The notes below the pieces were generated by a model. The model was not told where the DNA came from, ran no database searches, and saw only the letters and a program-made list of their open reading frames with translations. A DNA stretch of 61,226 nucleotides, taken from positions 1 to 61,226 of the forward strand of contig CAMZLG010000043.1 in assembly GCA_947311495.1 (NCBI GenBank), given 5' to 3'. The stretch comes from an uncultured Zetaproteobacteria bacterium. Its GTDB lineage: Bacteria; Pseudomonadota; Zetaproteobacteria; Mariprofundales; Mariprofundaceae. The position numbers and the translations under genes were made by a program. This document shows, one piece after another, positions 37,850-48,950 of the stretch; position 1 is the first letter of the stretch; each line of letters starts with the position of its first letter.

Positions 37850-39004
37850 TTAGTCTGCTTGCTGACGAATCCAAGTCGGCACATCATACATATCATCATA
37901 CACCGATGCTTCCGTTGCCGTTTGTGCTTGGGCTTGATTGGTTCCTGTTGAGAAACCCGGCATTGGCACGCTATCCAAGATTGGCATTTTAGGTGTGTGC
38001 ATAGGTGTCACGGTTGCAAGTTTAGGTACTGTTTGTTTTTGCAAACCTGTTGCCACCACAGTCACGCGCAACTCATCACCTGCATTTTCATCAAAGACAA
38101 GTCCGCAGTTCACATTGGCATCTTCATCCACCATATTATAAATAATGCTCATGACTTCTTCATATTCCGCCATGGATAATGATTCTGAAGTTGCTGTCAC
38201 GTTCACCAACAAACCTTGCGCACCATGAATATCCACTTCTTCAAGCAATGGCGATGTAATCGCAGCTTCTGCTGCTTCACATGCTCTACCTTCACCACAT
38301 GCCGCACCCATACCCATCATGGATAGACCTTGGTTTTCTGTCATCACAGCTGTGACATCGGCGAAATCCACATTGATATAGCCTTCTTTGGTAATCATGT
38401 CGGAAATACCACGCACGGCTTGAAACAAAATATCATCCGCTTTGAGGAAGGTATCTTTCATGGTTGTGTTTTTACCCGCTAAACCAATCAACTTTTGATT
38501 GGGGATGGTAATCAATGTATCCACTGCATCCGCAAGCTCTGTGATACCTTCGTCAGCGAAACGCATGCGGCGTTTGCCTTCAAACATAAAGGGTTTGGTC
38601 ACCACACCCACCGTTAAAATGCCCATTTCCTTGGCAACTTCGGCAATCACTGGTGCTGCCCCTGTGCCTGTGCCGCCACCCATACCTGCTGTAATAAACA
38701 CCATTTCAGTATCTACAAGCAACTCTTTGATATGTGCGCGGTCTGATTCTGCTGCATCGCGACCCACTTCAGGTTTGCCGCCAGCGCCCAAACCTTTGGT
38801 GCTGTGTGAACCCAGTTGCAAACGTGTTTCAGCTAGACTCTTTGCAAGCACCTGTGCATCGGTGTTGGCTGCGATAAAGTCCACACCTGATAAGTTTTGC
38901 TCAATCATGTTATTCAAGGCATTGCCACCGCCACCGCCAACGCCAATCACCTTGATGCTTGCGACCTGCTTCTCTGTGTCGTCTAAAGTAAATTTCAGTC
39001 CCAT
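37850..39004 (-). CDS. ftsZ: Cell division protein FtsZ
   Basis: GGGGGN, GGGTGTG, C-terminal DVPTWIRQQAD. Confidence 0.97.
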   Translation of the reverse strand: MGLKFTLDDTEKQVASIKVIGVGGGGGNALNNMIEQNLSGVDFIAANTDAQVLAKSLAETRLQLGSHSTKGLGAGGKPEVGRDAAESDRAHIKELLVDTEMVFITAGMGGGTGTGAAPVIAEVAKEMGILTVGVVTKPFMFEGKRRMRFADEGITELADAVDTLITIPNQKLIGLAGKNTTMKDTFLKADDILFQAVRGISDMITKEGYINVDFADVTAVMTENQGLSMMGMGAACGEGRACEAAEAAITSPLLEEVDIHGAQGLLVNVTATSESLSMAEYEEVMSIIYNMVDEDANVNCGLVFDENAGDELRVTVVATGLQKQTVPKLATVTPMHTPKMPILDSVPMPGFSTGTNQAQAQTATEASVYDDMYDVPTWIRQQAD

Positions 39005-39095
39005 CTTAGTTTCCCCTTTCTTCTTTATTATATTTTTTGATTATTATTAAACTTATAAACTGATTCGGTGTTTGCGTTCGTCGTCGCCGCATAAG

Positions 39096-40325
39096 CTAAC
39101 CCCCAAACCAACGTTTGATGCTAGCAAGCATACCACCGCCATCACCACGTTTATCACTACCATGATGATGGTGTTGCTCCGTTCTGTATTTATACCCATA
39201 TTTAATTAAACCCACACCCGTTGCAAAAATGGGACTGTTAACCACATCAACAAGCCCGCCAATATTTTGTGGACGGCCAATGCGAACGGGCAATTCAAAG
39301 ATTTCATCGGCAAGCTCTTGTGTACCTTCAAGCAAACTACTTCCACCTGTCAGCACTACACCTGCTGCTACCAATTCTTTGTATCCTGAGCGGTCTAACT
39401 CTTCCCGAACCAGCTCAAACAATTCTTGCATACGTGGCTCTAAAAGCTGCGCCATCACTTGCCTTGGCATGGATTGCGGCGGTCTCCCGCCAACACGCGG
39501 TACTTCTACCGTTTCATCAGGCATAATCATCGATGCCATACATGAACCATATTTTTTCTTCAAAATATCAGCTTCTCTGGCTGAGGTTCTAAGTCCTGCC
39601 ACCAAATCATTGGTTAAATGGTCGCCGCCCACAGGAATCACAGCCGTATGGCGAATGGCACCATCAATAAATACAGCCAAATCCGTGGTGCCACCACCAA
39701 TATCTACCAACAACACACCAATATCTTTCTCATCTTGACTCAGGACCGCTTCACTGGATGCAATCTGCTCTAAGACCATATCCGACACATCCAAATCACA
39801 ACGATTACAACATTTGATGATGTTTTGCGCAGAAGACACCGCACCCGTAATCACATGCACCCGAGTCTCAAGGCGAACACCGCTCATACCCACAGGTTCA
39901 CGAATGCCATCCTGCCTATCAATGATATATTCTTGGGGCAAGACGTGTAAAATCTGTTGATCGGCTGGAATATTCATGGCTTTGGCAGCTTCTACCACAC
40001 GCGTCACATCTTCATCGGTGACTTCTCCATTCTTTGTCGCCACCACGCCATGACTGTTGTAGCCACGAATATGTGAACCTGCAATACCCACATACACATG
40101 TTTGATATTCACATCTGCCATCAACTCAGCTTCTTCAATGGCAAGGCGAATGGATTCCACGGTGCTTTCAATGTTAACCACCACACCACGGCGCAAACCT
40201 TTGGATGGGTGCGTGCCGATTCCAACAATATCAATGCGCCCATCTTCTGCAGCTTCAGCAACAATACAGGCAATTTTACTTGTCCCAATATCAAGACCCA
40301 CGATAATTTGATTATCTCTGCTCAT
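39096..40325 (-). CDS. ftsA: Cell division protein FtsA
   Basis: LDIGTSK, DIGGGTTD, C-terminal amphipathic helix. Confidence 0.96.
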   Translation of the reverse strand: MSRDNQIIVGLDIGTSKIACIVAEAAEDGRIDIVGIGTHPSKGLRRGVVVNIESTVESIRLAIEEAELMADVNIKHVYVGIAGSHIRGYNSHGVVATKNGEVTDEDVTRVVEAAKAMNIPADQQILHVLPQEYIIDRQDGIREPVGMSGVRLETRVHVITGAVSSAQNIIKCCNRCDLDVSDMVLEQIASSEAVLSQDEKDIGVLLVDIGGGTTDLAVFIDGAIRHTAVIPVGGDHLTNDLVAGLRTSAREADILKKKYGSCMASMIMPDETVEVPRVGGRPPQSMPRQVMAQLLEPRMQELFELVREELDRSGYKELVAAGVVLTGGSSLLEGTQELADEIFELPVRIGRPQNIGGLVDVVNSPIFATGVGLIKYGYKYRTEQHHHHGSDKRGDGGGMLASIKRWFGG

Positions 40326-41107
40326 TATATCACCTCTTGCTTGGCTGGTCGGATAAACCAACGTTCAGGAATTCTTGTATTAATTCGCCAGTGTCCCTTT
40401 GCCCAACGCGGCAAACCCAAAACATTGATAATTTGTGTTACATGTTGCTCAAGATTGCTCGGGTTGATATTCCACTGCTCGCCTTTAGCAAAATTCAAAT
40501 GCCAGCCGCTATCCGACACAATCACTTCGCTCAATTGCATCAGTTTACGTACATCAAATTGGTTCAGTGCGAGCAAAAGTTTGGTAGCTTGCGGCAGTTC
40601 ATCCGCCTGCACACGCAACAAAGGCAAATCCGAAGCTTCTCCACGATGAAGAGCCCGATATGCATAACCAAACGCATCCACCAACATCACCTTTTGCTTT
40701 TGTTCATCTTTCCACAGTGCCATTGGCGTTCTAGCCTTGGCTTTCACCAACAACCCATCAGGCAGAATACGTTGTACTTGCAAGGCTTGAATATCTGGCA
40801 CTTCAAGCAATAGCTCATCATGCAACACATCAGCACGGGTGTGCCAAAAGTCTAAATCTTGCTGTTTTGATAAAAACGCTTGAATTTGCGGCTTGAGATG
40901 TGATGCCGCCTCAATATCCCAATACGAAATGGATAACTTCTCATTCAGCTTCCACACACCAAAACCTGCGATGACCACCGCCGAACTCACCGCCAATCCT
41001 TGCAGTACTGGTTTCATCCAGCGCATAGGCTTACGCACAGGTTTCACCACTTTTTTGCTGCGGCGCGTATTGCCGATAGGTTTCTTTTTGCTGAAAAACA
41101 TCCTCAT
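40325..41107 (-). CDS. ftsQ: Cell division protein FtsQ
   Basis: Basic N-terminus, TM, POTRA-like region; dcw position. Confidence 0.8.
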   Translation of the reverse strand: MRMFFSKKKPIGNTRRSKKVVKPVRKPMRWMKPVLQGLAVSSAVVIAGFGVWKLNEKLSISYWDIEAASHLKPQIQAFLSKQQDLDFWHTRADVLHDELLLEVPDIQALQVQRILPDGLLVKAKARTPMALWKDEQKQKVMLVDAFGYAYRALHRGEASDLPLLRVQADELPQATKLLLALNQFDVRKLMQLSEVIVSDSGWHLNFAKGEQWNINPSNLEQHVTQIINVLGLPRWAKGHWRINTRIPERWFIRPAKQEVI

Positions 41108-42021
41108 GATGTTTTGCTCCGGTGCAATGCATCCACAACAATACTTTGACATAAATCTGCAAAACTTATGCCCACTTCAGCAGCAGCTTTGGGTAATAGG
41201 CTTGTCGCTGTCATGCCAGGAATGGTATTGATTTCCAAAACAACAGGCGCACCAATATCTGGCACAATCAAATCAACTCTAGGCGCACCTGCACATGCCG
41301 TTGCCCGCACTGCTTTTTCGGCAATTTTTTTGCACTTTTTACTTTGCCTTTTAGAAATACGGGCAGGACAATAATAATCCGTGGCTCCCGCTGTATATTT
41401 GGATGTGAAGTCATACATGCCTGATTTGGGTGCAACCTCCACAGGTGGCAATGCTTTGCCGCCCACCACTGAGACTGCGACTTCAACACCCCGCACACAC
41501 CGTTCAATCAACCAGTTATCAATGTTCTCAAGGCTGAGTGCATCCCAAGCCGCTTCATCTCCAATATAATGCAGCCCCACACTAGAGCCTTCAGCAATGG
41601 GTTTTACAAACACGGGATAATGCTGAGGTTTACCTTCTCGCATCAATACATCTTCAGGCACACGAATGCCCACATCATCCAATACACATTTGGTTAGTTT
41701 CTTATCCATACATAATGCTGATGCGCTCACACCCGAACCAGTGAATGGCAGTTGCATGGTTTCTAATAAACCCTGAATACAACCATCTTCGCCATACGTG
41801 CCATGCAATGCGATGAAAGCAACATCGGCTTGCGCATCTTGAATTTGTGATACCCAAACTGTGGTATCTTCTGCCAAGTCCAAAGCCAGTACATCCAAAC
41901 CTTGGCTCTGTAAAGCTTCAAACACAGCATTGCCTGAACGCAATGAAATCTCGCGTTCTGCTGATGCACCGCCCATCAACACCACAATCCTTTTGCCTTG
42001 AAGAAGATTCATATCATTCAT
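41104..42021 (-). CDS. ddl: D-alanine--D-alanine ligase
   Basis: SAEREISL, HGTYGEDG, EINTIPG. Confidence 0.95.
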   Translation of the reverse strand: MNDMNLLQGKRIVVLMGGASAEREISLRSGNAVFEALQSQGLDVLALDLAEDTTVWVSQIQDAQADVAFIALHGTYGEDGCIQGLLETMQLPFTGSGVSASALCMDKKLTKCVLDDVGIRVPEDVLMREGKPQHYPVFVKPIAEGSSVGLHYIGDEAAWDALSLENIDNWLIERCVRGVEVAVSVVGGKALPPVEVAPKSGMYDFTSKYTAGATDYYCPARISKRQSKKCKKIAEKAVRATACAGAPRVDLIVPDIGAPVVLEINTIPGMTATSLLPKAAAEVGISFADLCQSIVVDALHRSKTS

Positions 42022-42908
42022 AATGAACACCCCACAAGCTTCACTTCAGGCTCTAAATCAATGCCTGTTTGTTTTTTCACTTCTGCTTTAGCCAAACGAA
42101 TCAGCTGCAACACATCCAAACAACTTGCCCCACCTTGATTGACAATAAAGTTGGCATGTTTATCGGATATATTGGCATTGCCGATTTGTTTACCTTTCAA
42201 ACCCACGCTTTCAATCAAGCGTGCCGCAAAATCACCCTCTGGATTCTTAAACACTGAACCGCAATTGGGAAGTGCAAGCGGTTGTGTTTCACTACGCTTG
42301 GCTCGCATCTCACGCATGACTTGTTTTACATCTTCTGGATTTTTCTCAGTCAAAGCAAAGCTTGCCGATAATATCAGTGCATCTTTGGGTAATGCGGTGT
42401 AGCGGTATCGCATATCCAAATCATTACGGGATAGGGTTTGCACTTTGCCATCGCGGCTCAACAGCGTAACCGACTGCAACACATCCGAGACTTGCTGCCC
42501 AAATGCGCCTGCATTCATCGCCACACCACCACCCAAATCACCAGGTACAGTCGCCATAAATTCTAAACCCGTTAAACCTGCGCTCGCCGCAAGTTGTGCA
42601 ATTTTACTCATACGCGCACCTGCACCTGCGACCAATGTGTTGCCTGAGACTTCCAAGGTGTTTAAGTCGCTTAAATCCAAGACAAGACCATCAATACCAC
42701 TGTCAGCAATCAATAGGTTTGAGCCACGCCCAATCGGGAAAATATAGGTGTCTTCTGGTATCATAAATATGGCTTGCGCTAAACTTTTCTCATCGTTGGG
42801 GCGAAACAACATCGCAGCATGACCGCCCACACCAAGCGTGGTGCGCCCTGCAAGCGCAACATCAGCATCAATATTGCCGAAGCGAGAAAGGTCAGCGTAC
42901 AAACTCAT
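42018..42908 (-). CDS. murB: UDP-N-acetylmuramate dehydrogenase
   Basis: GSNLL, MNAGA, GSVFKNP, HANF. Confidence 0.95.
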   Translation of the reverse strand: MSLYADLSRFGNIDADVALAGRTTLGVGGHAAMLFRPNDEKSLAQAIFMIPEDTYIFPIGRGSNLLIADSGIDGLVLDLSDLNTLEVSGNTLVAGAGARMSKIAQLAASAGLTGLEFMATVPGDLGGGVAMNAGAFGQQVSDVLQSVTLLSRDGKVQTLSRNDLDMRYRYTALPKDALILSASFALTEKNPEDVKQVMREMRAKRSETQPLALPNCGSVFKNPEGDFAARLIESVGLKGKQIGNANISDKHANFIVNQGGASCLDVLQLIRLAKAEVKKQTGIDLEPEVKLVGCSL

Positions 42909-44281
42909 GATTCGCTGCCCAGTGTTTGGCGAATGCCCTTCACAAAGCCGCCAATCGAGCCTGCACCCATCACCAACACAATATGCCCCGCTTCCAACTC
43001 CGATAATACCCAAGCTTTGGCAGCATCCATATCTTCAATGACGCTGGCATCCCTATGCCCACGTTTTGTCATACCATCAGCCAACCATGCTGAATCAACA
43101 CCTTGGATGGGCGTTTCACTGGCGGCATAAATGGGAAGCAAGCGCACTTTTTGCGCTGCATCGCATGAGCCTAAAAACTCTTCATACAAATCTTGGGTGC
43201 GGCTAAAGCGATGGGGTTGAAACAACACAGAAATGGTTTTATCTGCCCAACATGATGTCGCCGCTTGAAGTGCCGCCAAAATCTCTTTGGGATGATGCGC
43301 ATAATCGTCCACCAACACACCGTCTCCCGTTTCAAAACAATGGAAGCGGCGTTGAATGCCTTCAAAGCTGGCAAAACCTTGGCGAACCACATCAAACCCA
43401 ATATCCAAATCAAGCAACACTGCAACCGCTGCCAACGCATTCTCCGCATTGTGTAAACCTGGCATAGGCAATGTCATTTCTTGCACATCGCCACTTGCAA
43501 AACCAATGGTCAGATGTTGTTTATAACCATCAACCACCACCGCTTTTAAATACAAATCCGCTTGTGGACTGGTGCCATAAGTGGTGACAGGGCGGTGCAA
43601 ACCATCACGCAACAATGCCACATTGGGATGCTCATGATGCAAAACCACTCGCCCATAAAATGGTGTTAAACTTACAAATTGTTTAAAGGCTGCAATCAAT
43701 GTTTCAAAGTCGCCGTAGTGGTCTAAATGTTCAGGGTCGATATTGCTCACCACAGAAATGGTCGGTGATAAGCGCAAGAATGAACCATCACTTTCATCGG
43801 CTTCGGCAACCAACCAGTTGGACTCACCCAAACGCGCATTATGACTTGATGACATCAATCGCCCGCCAATCACATACGTTGGGTCTAAGCCTGCTGCTTC
43901 CATGACATGGGCAATCATGGATGTAATTGTGGTTTTGCCGTGACTACCAGCAATGGCAATACCTTGCTTCATGCGCATCAATTCAGCCAACATTTCAGCG
44001 CGTGGAATCACTGGAATACCGCGATTATTCGCTTCAATCATTTCAGGATTAGACTTATCCACTGCCGATGTCACCACAACCACTTGGGCATCACCCAAGT
44101 TTTCAGCGGCATGACCCACCATCACCTGCATACCAATATCTCTTAAACGTTGCACATTCGGACTTTCAGCAATATCTGAGCCTTGTACCTTAAAGCCTTG
44201 GTTGAACAACACTTCAGCAATGCCACTCATGCCAATGCCGCCAATGCCTGTGAAATGAATACATTGTACACGTGTTTTCAT
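42905..44281 (-). CDS. murC: UDP-N-acetylmuramate--L-alanine ligase
   Basis: GIGGIGMSG, GSHGKTT, EADESD, DDYAHHP. Confidence 0.96.
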   Translation of the reverse strand: MKTRVQCIHFTGIGGIGMSGIAEVLFNQGFKVQGSDIAESPNVQRLRDIGMQVMVGHAAENLGDAQVVVVTSAVDKSNPEMIEANNRGIPVIPRAEMLAELMRMKQGIAIAGSHGKTTITSMIAHVMEAAGLDPTYVIGGRLMSSSHNARLGESNWLVAEADESDGSFLRLSPTISVVSNIDPEHLDHYGDFETLIAAFKQFVSLTPFYGRVVLHHEHPNVALLRDGLHRPVTTYGTSPQADLYLKAVVVDGYKQHLTIGFASGDVQEMTLPMPGLHNAENALAAVAVLLDLDIGFDVVRQGFASFEGIQRRFHCFETGDGVLVDDYAHHPKEILAALQAATSCWADKTISVLFQPHRFSRTQDLYEEFLGSCDAAQKVRLLPIYAASETPIQGVDSAWLADGMTKRGHRDASVIEDMDAAKAWVLSELEAGHIVLVMGAGSIGGFVKGIRQTLGSES

Positions 44282-45375
44282 GTGTTCACCGCCAACCATG
44301 GTTTTAAGACATTCACTTGTTGAATACCTGCATCACGAATAGATACCGTTTTTCCTGCTTTGCTCATATTTTCTAACCGCGAAGGGTTAAACAACACCGC
44401 ACCAATTTCACGCGTAAGCCTAGCCACATCACATGTTTTCTGCTGGATAATGCCCGCAGCACCTGCATCTTTCATACTTAATGCATTATAATATTGATGG
44501 TTATCCGCAGCCCATGGCAACGGCACAAATAAACTTGGCATACCCACGGCTGCCGCTTCACATGTGGTCATCGCACCTGCTCTGGCAATCAACAAATCTG
44601 CTTGCGCAAACAAACTTGGCATATCATCGGAATAATGTTGCACATCTGCCTCAATGCCCGCTTGTTTGTAAATGTTTAACACCGTTTGCACGCGTCCCTC
44701 ACCAGCACCCACCAAATGAATCACTCGGAAATCTTTACCTTCTTTGGCAAGATTTTTACATGCCAAGGGTACGGTTTCATTGAGGAACATCGCGCCTTGC
44801 GAACCACCCACAATCAACAAACATGGTGGTTCGTGTGTTTGGTAGTGCACACTTAACACATCTTGACGAATCACATTGCCTGTCACCACGGCTCTTTCGC
44901 CTGCTTGCGGCAATCGCGTTTGTGCAGATTCAAAACCCAACATCATGGTTTTACAAAAGCGATACAACACACGATTCACCAAACCCGGAATAGCATTTTG
45001 CTCATAAAGCACCACGGGCACACCCGATAATACGGCTGCCACCACACCTGCTACGCTGGCATAACCGCCCACACCAACCAGAACAGTTGGTTTCTCTTTG
45101 CCCCATGATTGGCGAATTTGCATGACCGACTTGGGCAATTCCCAAAGCAATACTTTGATTTTTTGCATCAATCCAACGCCTTGCACCGCATGCATATCCA
45201 GCAACATCACCTGCTCACCGCGCTCAGGTAAAAGCGTTGCTTCCAAACCGCGTACTGCGCCGATGAAGTTCACCTGCACACCGCTGATGTGACTGCGTAC
45301 GGCATCTGCAAGCGCAAGCGCAGGTATCACATGACCACCTGTGCCGCCACCTGCAATACAAAGAAGCGCACTCAT
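44278..45375 (-). CDS. murG: Lipid II GlcNAc transferase
   Basis: GGGTGGH, GGSQGA, HQYYNA. Confidence 0.95.
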   Translation of the reverse strand: MSALLCIAGGGTGGHVIPALALADAVRSHISGVQVNFIGAVRGLEATLLPERGEQVMLLDMHAVQGVGLMQKIKVLLWELPKSVMQIRQSWGKEKPTVLVGVGGYASVAGVVAAVLSGVPVVLYEQNAIPGLVNRVLYRFCKTMMLGFESAQTRLPQAGERAVVTGNVIRQDVLSVHYQTHEPPCLLIVGGSQGAMFLNETVPLACKNLAKEGKDFRVIHLVGAGEGRVQTVLNIYKQAGIEADVQHYSDDMPSLFAQADLLIARAGAMTTCEAAAVGMPSLFVPLPWAADNHQYYNALSMKDAGAAGIIQQKTCDVARLTREIGAVLFNPSRLENMSKAGKTVSIRDAGIQQVNVLKPWLAVNT

Positions 45376-46529
45376 ACCGACACCTCTTGGAAAGGTTTAC
45401 GGTTGGCGCGATTCACCCGTTTATTCACTTTTTTTGCACCTTGATGCCGTTGCACTGAAAAAATAAGCCCTGCCAACATTGAGCTACCAATCAAAGCACT
45501 GCCGCCATACGATACAAATGGCATGGGCATACCTTTGGTTGGAAAAATGCCCATGGCTGCACCCAGATTAATCACAAATGCTGCGGCAAGTAAAAGTGTG
45601 CTGCCTAATGCCAATAAACGGGTGAAATCTGTGTCTGCATCACGCGCCACCTTAAACCCACGCCAAAGCAGAATAGAAAACACGATAATCAAACTTAAAA
45701 TACCAATCAGCCCAAGTTCTTCACCAATCACTGCGGATATAAAATCGGTAAAACTTTCAGGAAGATAAAATAATTTTTGCACACCTTGACCCAGACCCGC
45801 ACCCGTGATGCCACCCACACCAAATGCAATTTGCGATTGCACCAACTGATACCCTGAACCAAACCTATCTGCCCATGGATCAACAAAGGATGTTAACCGC
45901 GCCACCCGATACGGTGCTGCCATCACAATCACAGCAATCACAGGCACGGCAGCAACAAACAAACCCATCAAATGTCTAAACGGTACGCCACCAACAAACC
46001 ACAAAGCAAAACTCACTGCCATCAATAATGCCGAATTACCAAAATCAGGTTGTGCCAGAAGCAAGACAACCATAAAGAATAACATCAACAACATGGGCAT
46101 CATGCCGTTTGCAAAGGAGTTAAGTCGCTCTTGGAAGTTGGATAAATAATATGCGATATAAAGTACAAATGCGGGTTTAATCAGTTCAATGGGCTGAATC
46201 GTCATACCCAAGAATGAGAACCAACGGGTTGCACCATTAATATTGCTACCCACCACCAGCACCACAACCAAAAGCACAAAACCCACCAGCAGCAACGGCA
46301 TCGCCATGGCCTGCCACCATGATGGATGCACATTAGACACTGCCCACATCACCAACAAACCCACAGGCATATAAAAACACCAGCGCAGTAAAATATGCCA
46401 AGGCGAACCATAACGTACATCCGCCACTTCTAAGCTTGCACTACCCACCATAATCAGGCTGAACATCATTAATGCCAAAATACTTAACAGCATCCAAGCA
46501 TCAAAAGGGTTACGCACATATTTAGTCAT
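45372..46529 (-). CDS. ftsW: SEDS peptidoglycan polymerase FtsW
   Basis: GATRW, QPDFG, LPESFTDF, SYGGS. Confidence 0.95.
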   Translation of the reverse strand: MTKYVRNPFDAWMLLSILALMMFSLIMVGSASLEVADVRYGSPWHILLRWCFYMPVGLLVMWAVSNVHPSWWQAMAMPLLLVGFVLLVVVLVVGSNINGATRWFSFLGMTIQPIELIKPAFVLYIAYYLSNFQERLNSFANGMMPMLLMLFFMVVLLLAQPDFGNSALLMAVSFALWFVGGVPFRHLMGLFVAAVPVIAVIVMAAPYRVARLTSFVDPWADRFGSGYQLVQSQIAFGVGGITGAGLGQGVQKLFYLPESFTDFISAVIGEELGLIGILSLIIVFSILLWRGFKVARDADTDFTRLLALGSTLLLAAAFVINLGAAMGIFPTKGMPMPFVSYGGSALIGSSMLAGLIFSVQRHQGAKKVNKRVNRANRKPFQEVSV

Positions 46530-47880
46530 CTGCGCCTCCCAATTCACGGATATTTTGAATGAAATCAGCACCACGTTCTGCATAATGTTTGTATTGGTCT
46601 TGGCTGGCAGCCGCAGGTGATAACAAGACGGGGCAATCACCCTCACCTCTGGCATCAAGCACGGCTTGTTTAACCGTATGCGAAACCTTGTATGCCACAC
46701 CTGCTTGTTTGAGCATATCTTCATAAGCTTTGCTGTCTTCGCCAATCACGCAGGCAAAACGCACATATTTTTTCGCTACTTCAACCAAACCATCTAGCGA
46801 CAAGTTCTTACGTAAACCACCACTAATCCACACCACTTCTTCAAAGGATGATAATGCCGCAATCGCAGCATCGGGGTTGGTGGCTTTGGAATCATTATAC
46901 CAATCGCGCCCTACAATATGACCCACAAATTCAAGTCTATGTTCCAAGCCTTGAAAGCTCATCAATCCTTCTTCAATCACAGCCACCGATACGCCATAAT
47001 CAGCTGCCACTTGCGCTGCAACCGCAATATTTTGTTGCTGATGTCTGCCTCTCACCACCAAGGACGAGACTGGCATAGATTTTTGTTCATCACCCTGCTG
47101 CCAAAATATTTTATCACCATCTTCATGACATAATACACCGGCAACGACATCACTTTCACTACTCGCAATCATACCAAAGCGCTTAACACTCACGCCTCTC
47201 GCCGCCAAATCATCTGCCAAGCCTTGCCATTCCTGCTCCACAGGAAGCAATGCCGTGTCACCCATAATCATTTGTTTAAACATGCTCACTTTCGCAGCTT
47301 TGTAGGCTTGCTCGGACTCATGCATATCGGCATGATCTGGCTGCACATTAAGCAAGACTGCATAATGCGGATGCAAATGTTTGGCACGTTCAAGCTGGAA
47401 GCTGGATAACTCTAAAGCAACACGTGTCGGTTGTTTATCCGCAAGCAAGTCCAGCATGGGTGTACCTATATTACCTCCTGCATCACAGCCACCCGATAAT
47501 GTTTCCAACAGCAGTGCAATCATTTGCGTGGTTGTGGTTTTACCATTGGTGCCTGTCACCGTAATCAAAGTGCCTGTATATTCCGCCAAAAATTCATCCA
47601 AATCACCATGCACATCCACACCACACTTGCGTGCTTCAACCAGTGCAGGGTGATGCCAATTGATGCCTGGGCTAACAATGACTTTATCAAAGCCCAGCAG
47701 CACTTCTTCTTGAAGTTGACCTGTGTGCAACACCACATCCTTTAAATCTTCGGGCAACTGTACTGCCGCCTCATCAAAGCATTCACACCCAATATGGGCG
47801 CGGCGCAAATGACGCAACACAGACAAACCTGTCTTGCCCATGCCAATCACGGCAACTTTAGGTGAATGCGTATCAGCCAT
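46522..47880 (-). CDS. murD: MurD ligase
   Basis: GTNGKTT, ELSSFQL, NDSKATN. Confidence 0.95.
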   Translation of the reverse strand: MADTHSPKVAVIGMGKTGLSVLRHLRRAHIGCECFDEAAVQLPEDLKDVVLHTGQLQEEVLLGFDKVIVSPGINWHHPALVEARKCGVDVHGDLDEFLAEYTGTLITVTGTNGKTTTTQMIALLLETLSGGCDAGGNIGTPMLDLLADKQPTRVALELSSFQLERAKHLHPHYAVLLNVQPDHADMHESEQAYKAAKVSMFKQMIMGDTALLPVEQEWQGLADDLAARGVSVKRFGMIASSESDVVAGVLCHEDGDKIFWQQGDEQKSMPVSSLVVRGRHQQQNIAVAAQVAADYGVSVAVIEEGLMSFQGLEHRLEFVGHIVGRDWYNDSKATNPDAAIAALSSFEEVVWISGGLRKNLSLDGLVEVAKKYVRFACVIGEDSKAYEDMLKQAGVAYKVSHTVKQAVLDARGEGDCPVLLSPAAASQDQYKHYAERGADFIQNIRELGGADD

Positions 47881-48950
47881 CAGCGCAACTTCAAGGTGGA
47901 CAATGCCACCAAGGCTAAAATAAGGGTTATAATCCAAAAGCGGACAATAATTTTGGGTTCTGCCCAACCTTTAAGTTCATAATGATGATGAATGGGTGCC
48001 ATGCGGAACACGCGTTTACCTGTGAGCTTGAAGGATGCCACTTGCACCATCACAGACACCGTTTCCAACACAAATAAGCCACCTGCAATACCCAATAACA
48101 ATTGCTGATGCACTGCACAGGCCACAAAACCCAATGCGCCGCCAAGCGCAAGCGCACCCACATCACCCATAAACACTTGGGCGGGATAAGTGTTGAACCA
48201 CAAGAACCCCAAACATGCGCCAACCAAGGCACCGCAGAAAATAGCCAACTCACCTGCACCCGGAACATAAGGGATAAGCAGGTATTGTGAGAAACCCACA
48301 TGCCCTGCCACATACACCACAACACCAAGCGCTGCCGCAACCATAAATGTTGGCGCAACCGCCAAACCATCCAAACCATCGGTTAAGTTCACTGCATTGG
48401 AGGTGCCTACAAGTACAAAAATAACAAATAGGATATACCCATATCCCATATCCCATTGATAGTTAAATACAGGAATATCCACGATGGGTTTGGTCATATC
48501 CATCAGCGCAATCGCTGCAATCGCTGCAATACCAAACTGCAACACCATCTTCCAGCGCCCTGATAACCCATCAGGATTTTGATGTTTGATTTTAAGGTGG
48601 TCATCCAGCCAACCAATCACGCCATAACCCAAGGTCACCATCAATGCCAACCAAATAAACATATTACTCAAATCTGCCCACAATAATGTGGTCAACGTCA
48701 ATGTTGAAAGAATAAGTATGCCACCCATGGTTGGTGTGCCTTGTTTTGAGAAATGACTTTCAGGTCCATCATCACGAATCGGCTGCCCTTTGCCTTGGCT
48801 TGCCTTGAGCTTGCGAATAAACAATGGTCCAAACATCCAGCTCAACACTAACGCAGTAATCAATGCATACGCCGCACGGAAGGTGATATATTGAAATACA
48901 TTAAGGAAGGAATACTGGTCAGCCAGTGGGTATAAGAAATTATATAACAT
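47880..48950 (-). CDS. mraY: Phospho-MurNAc-pentapeptide transferase
   Basis: [24 protein letters not shown]. Confidence 0.97.
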   Translation of the reverse strand: MLYNFLYPLADQYSFLNVFQYITFRAAYALITALVLSWMFGPLFIRKLKASQGKGQPIRDDGPESHFSKQGTPTMGGILILSTLTLTTLLWADLSNMFIWLALMVTLGYGVIGWLDDHLKIKHQNPDGLSGRWKMVLQFGIAAIAAIALMDMTKPIVDIPVFNYQWDMGYGYILFVIFVLVGTSNAVNLTDGLDGLAVAPTFMVAAALGVVVYVAGHVGFSQYLLIPYVPGAGELAIFCGALVGACLGFLWFNTYPAQVFMGDVGALALGGALGFVACAVHQQLLLGIAGGLFVLETVSVMVQVASFKLTGKRVFRMAPIHHHYELKGWAEPKIIVRFWIITLILALVALSTLKLR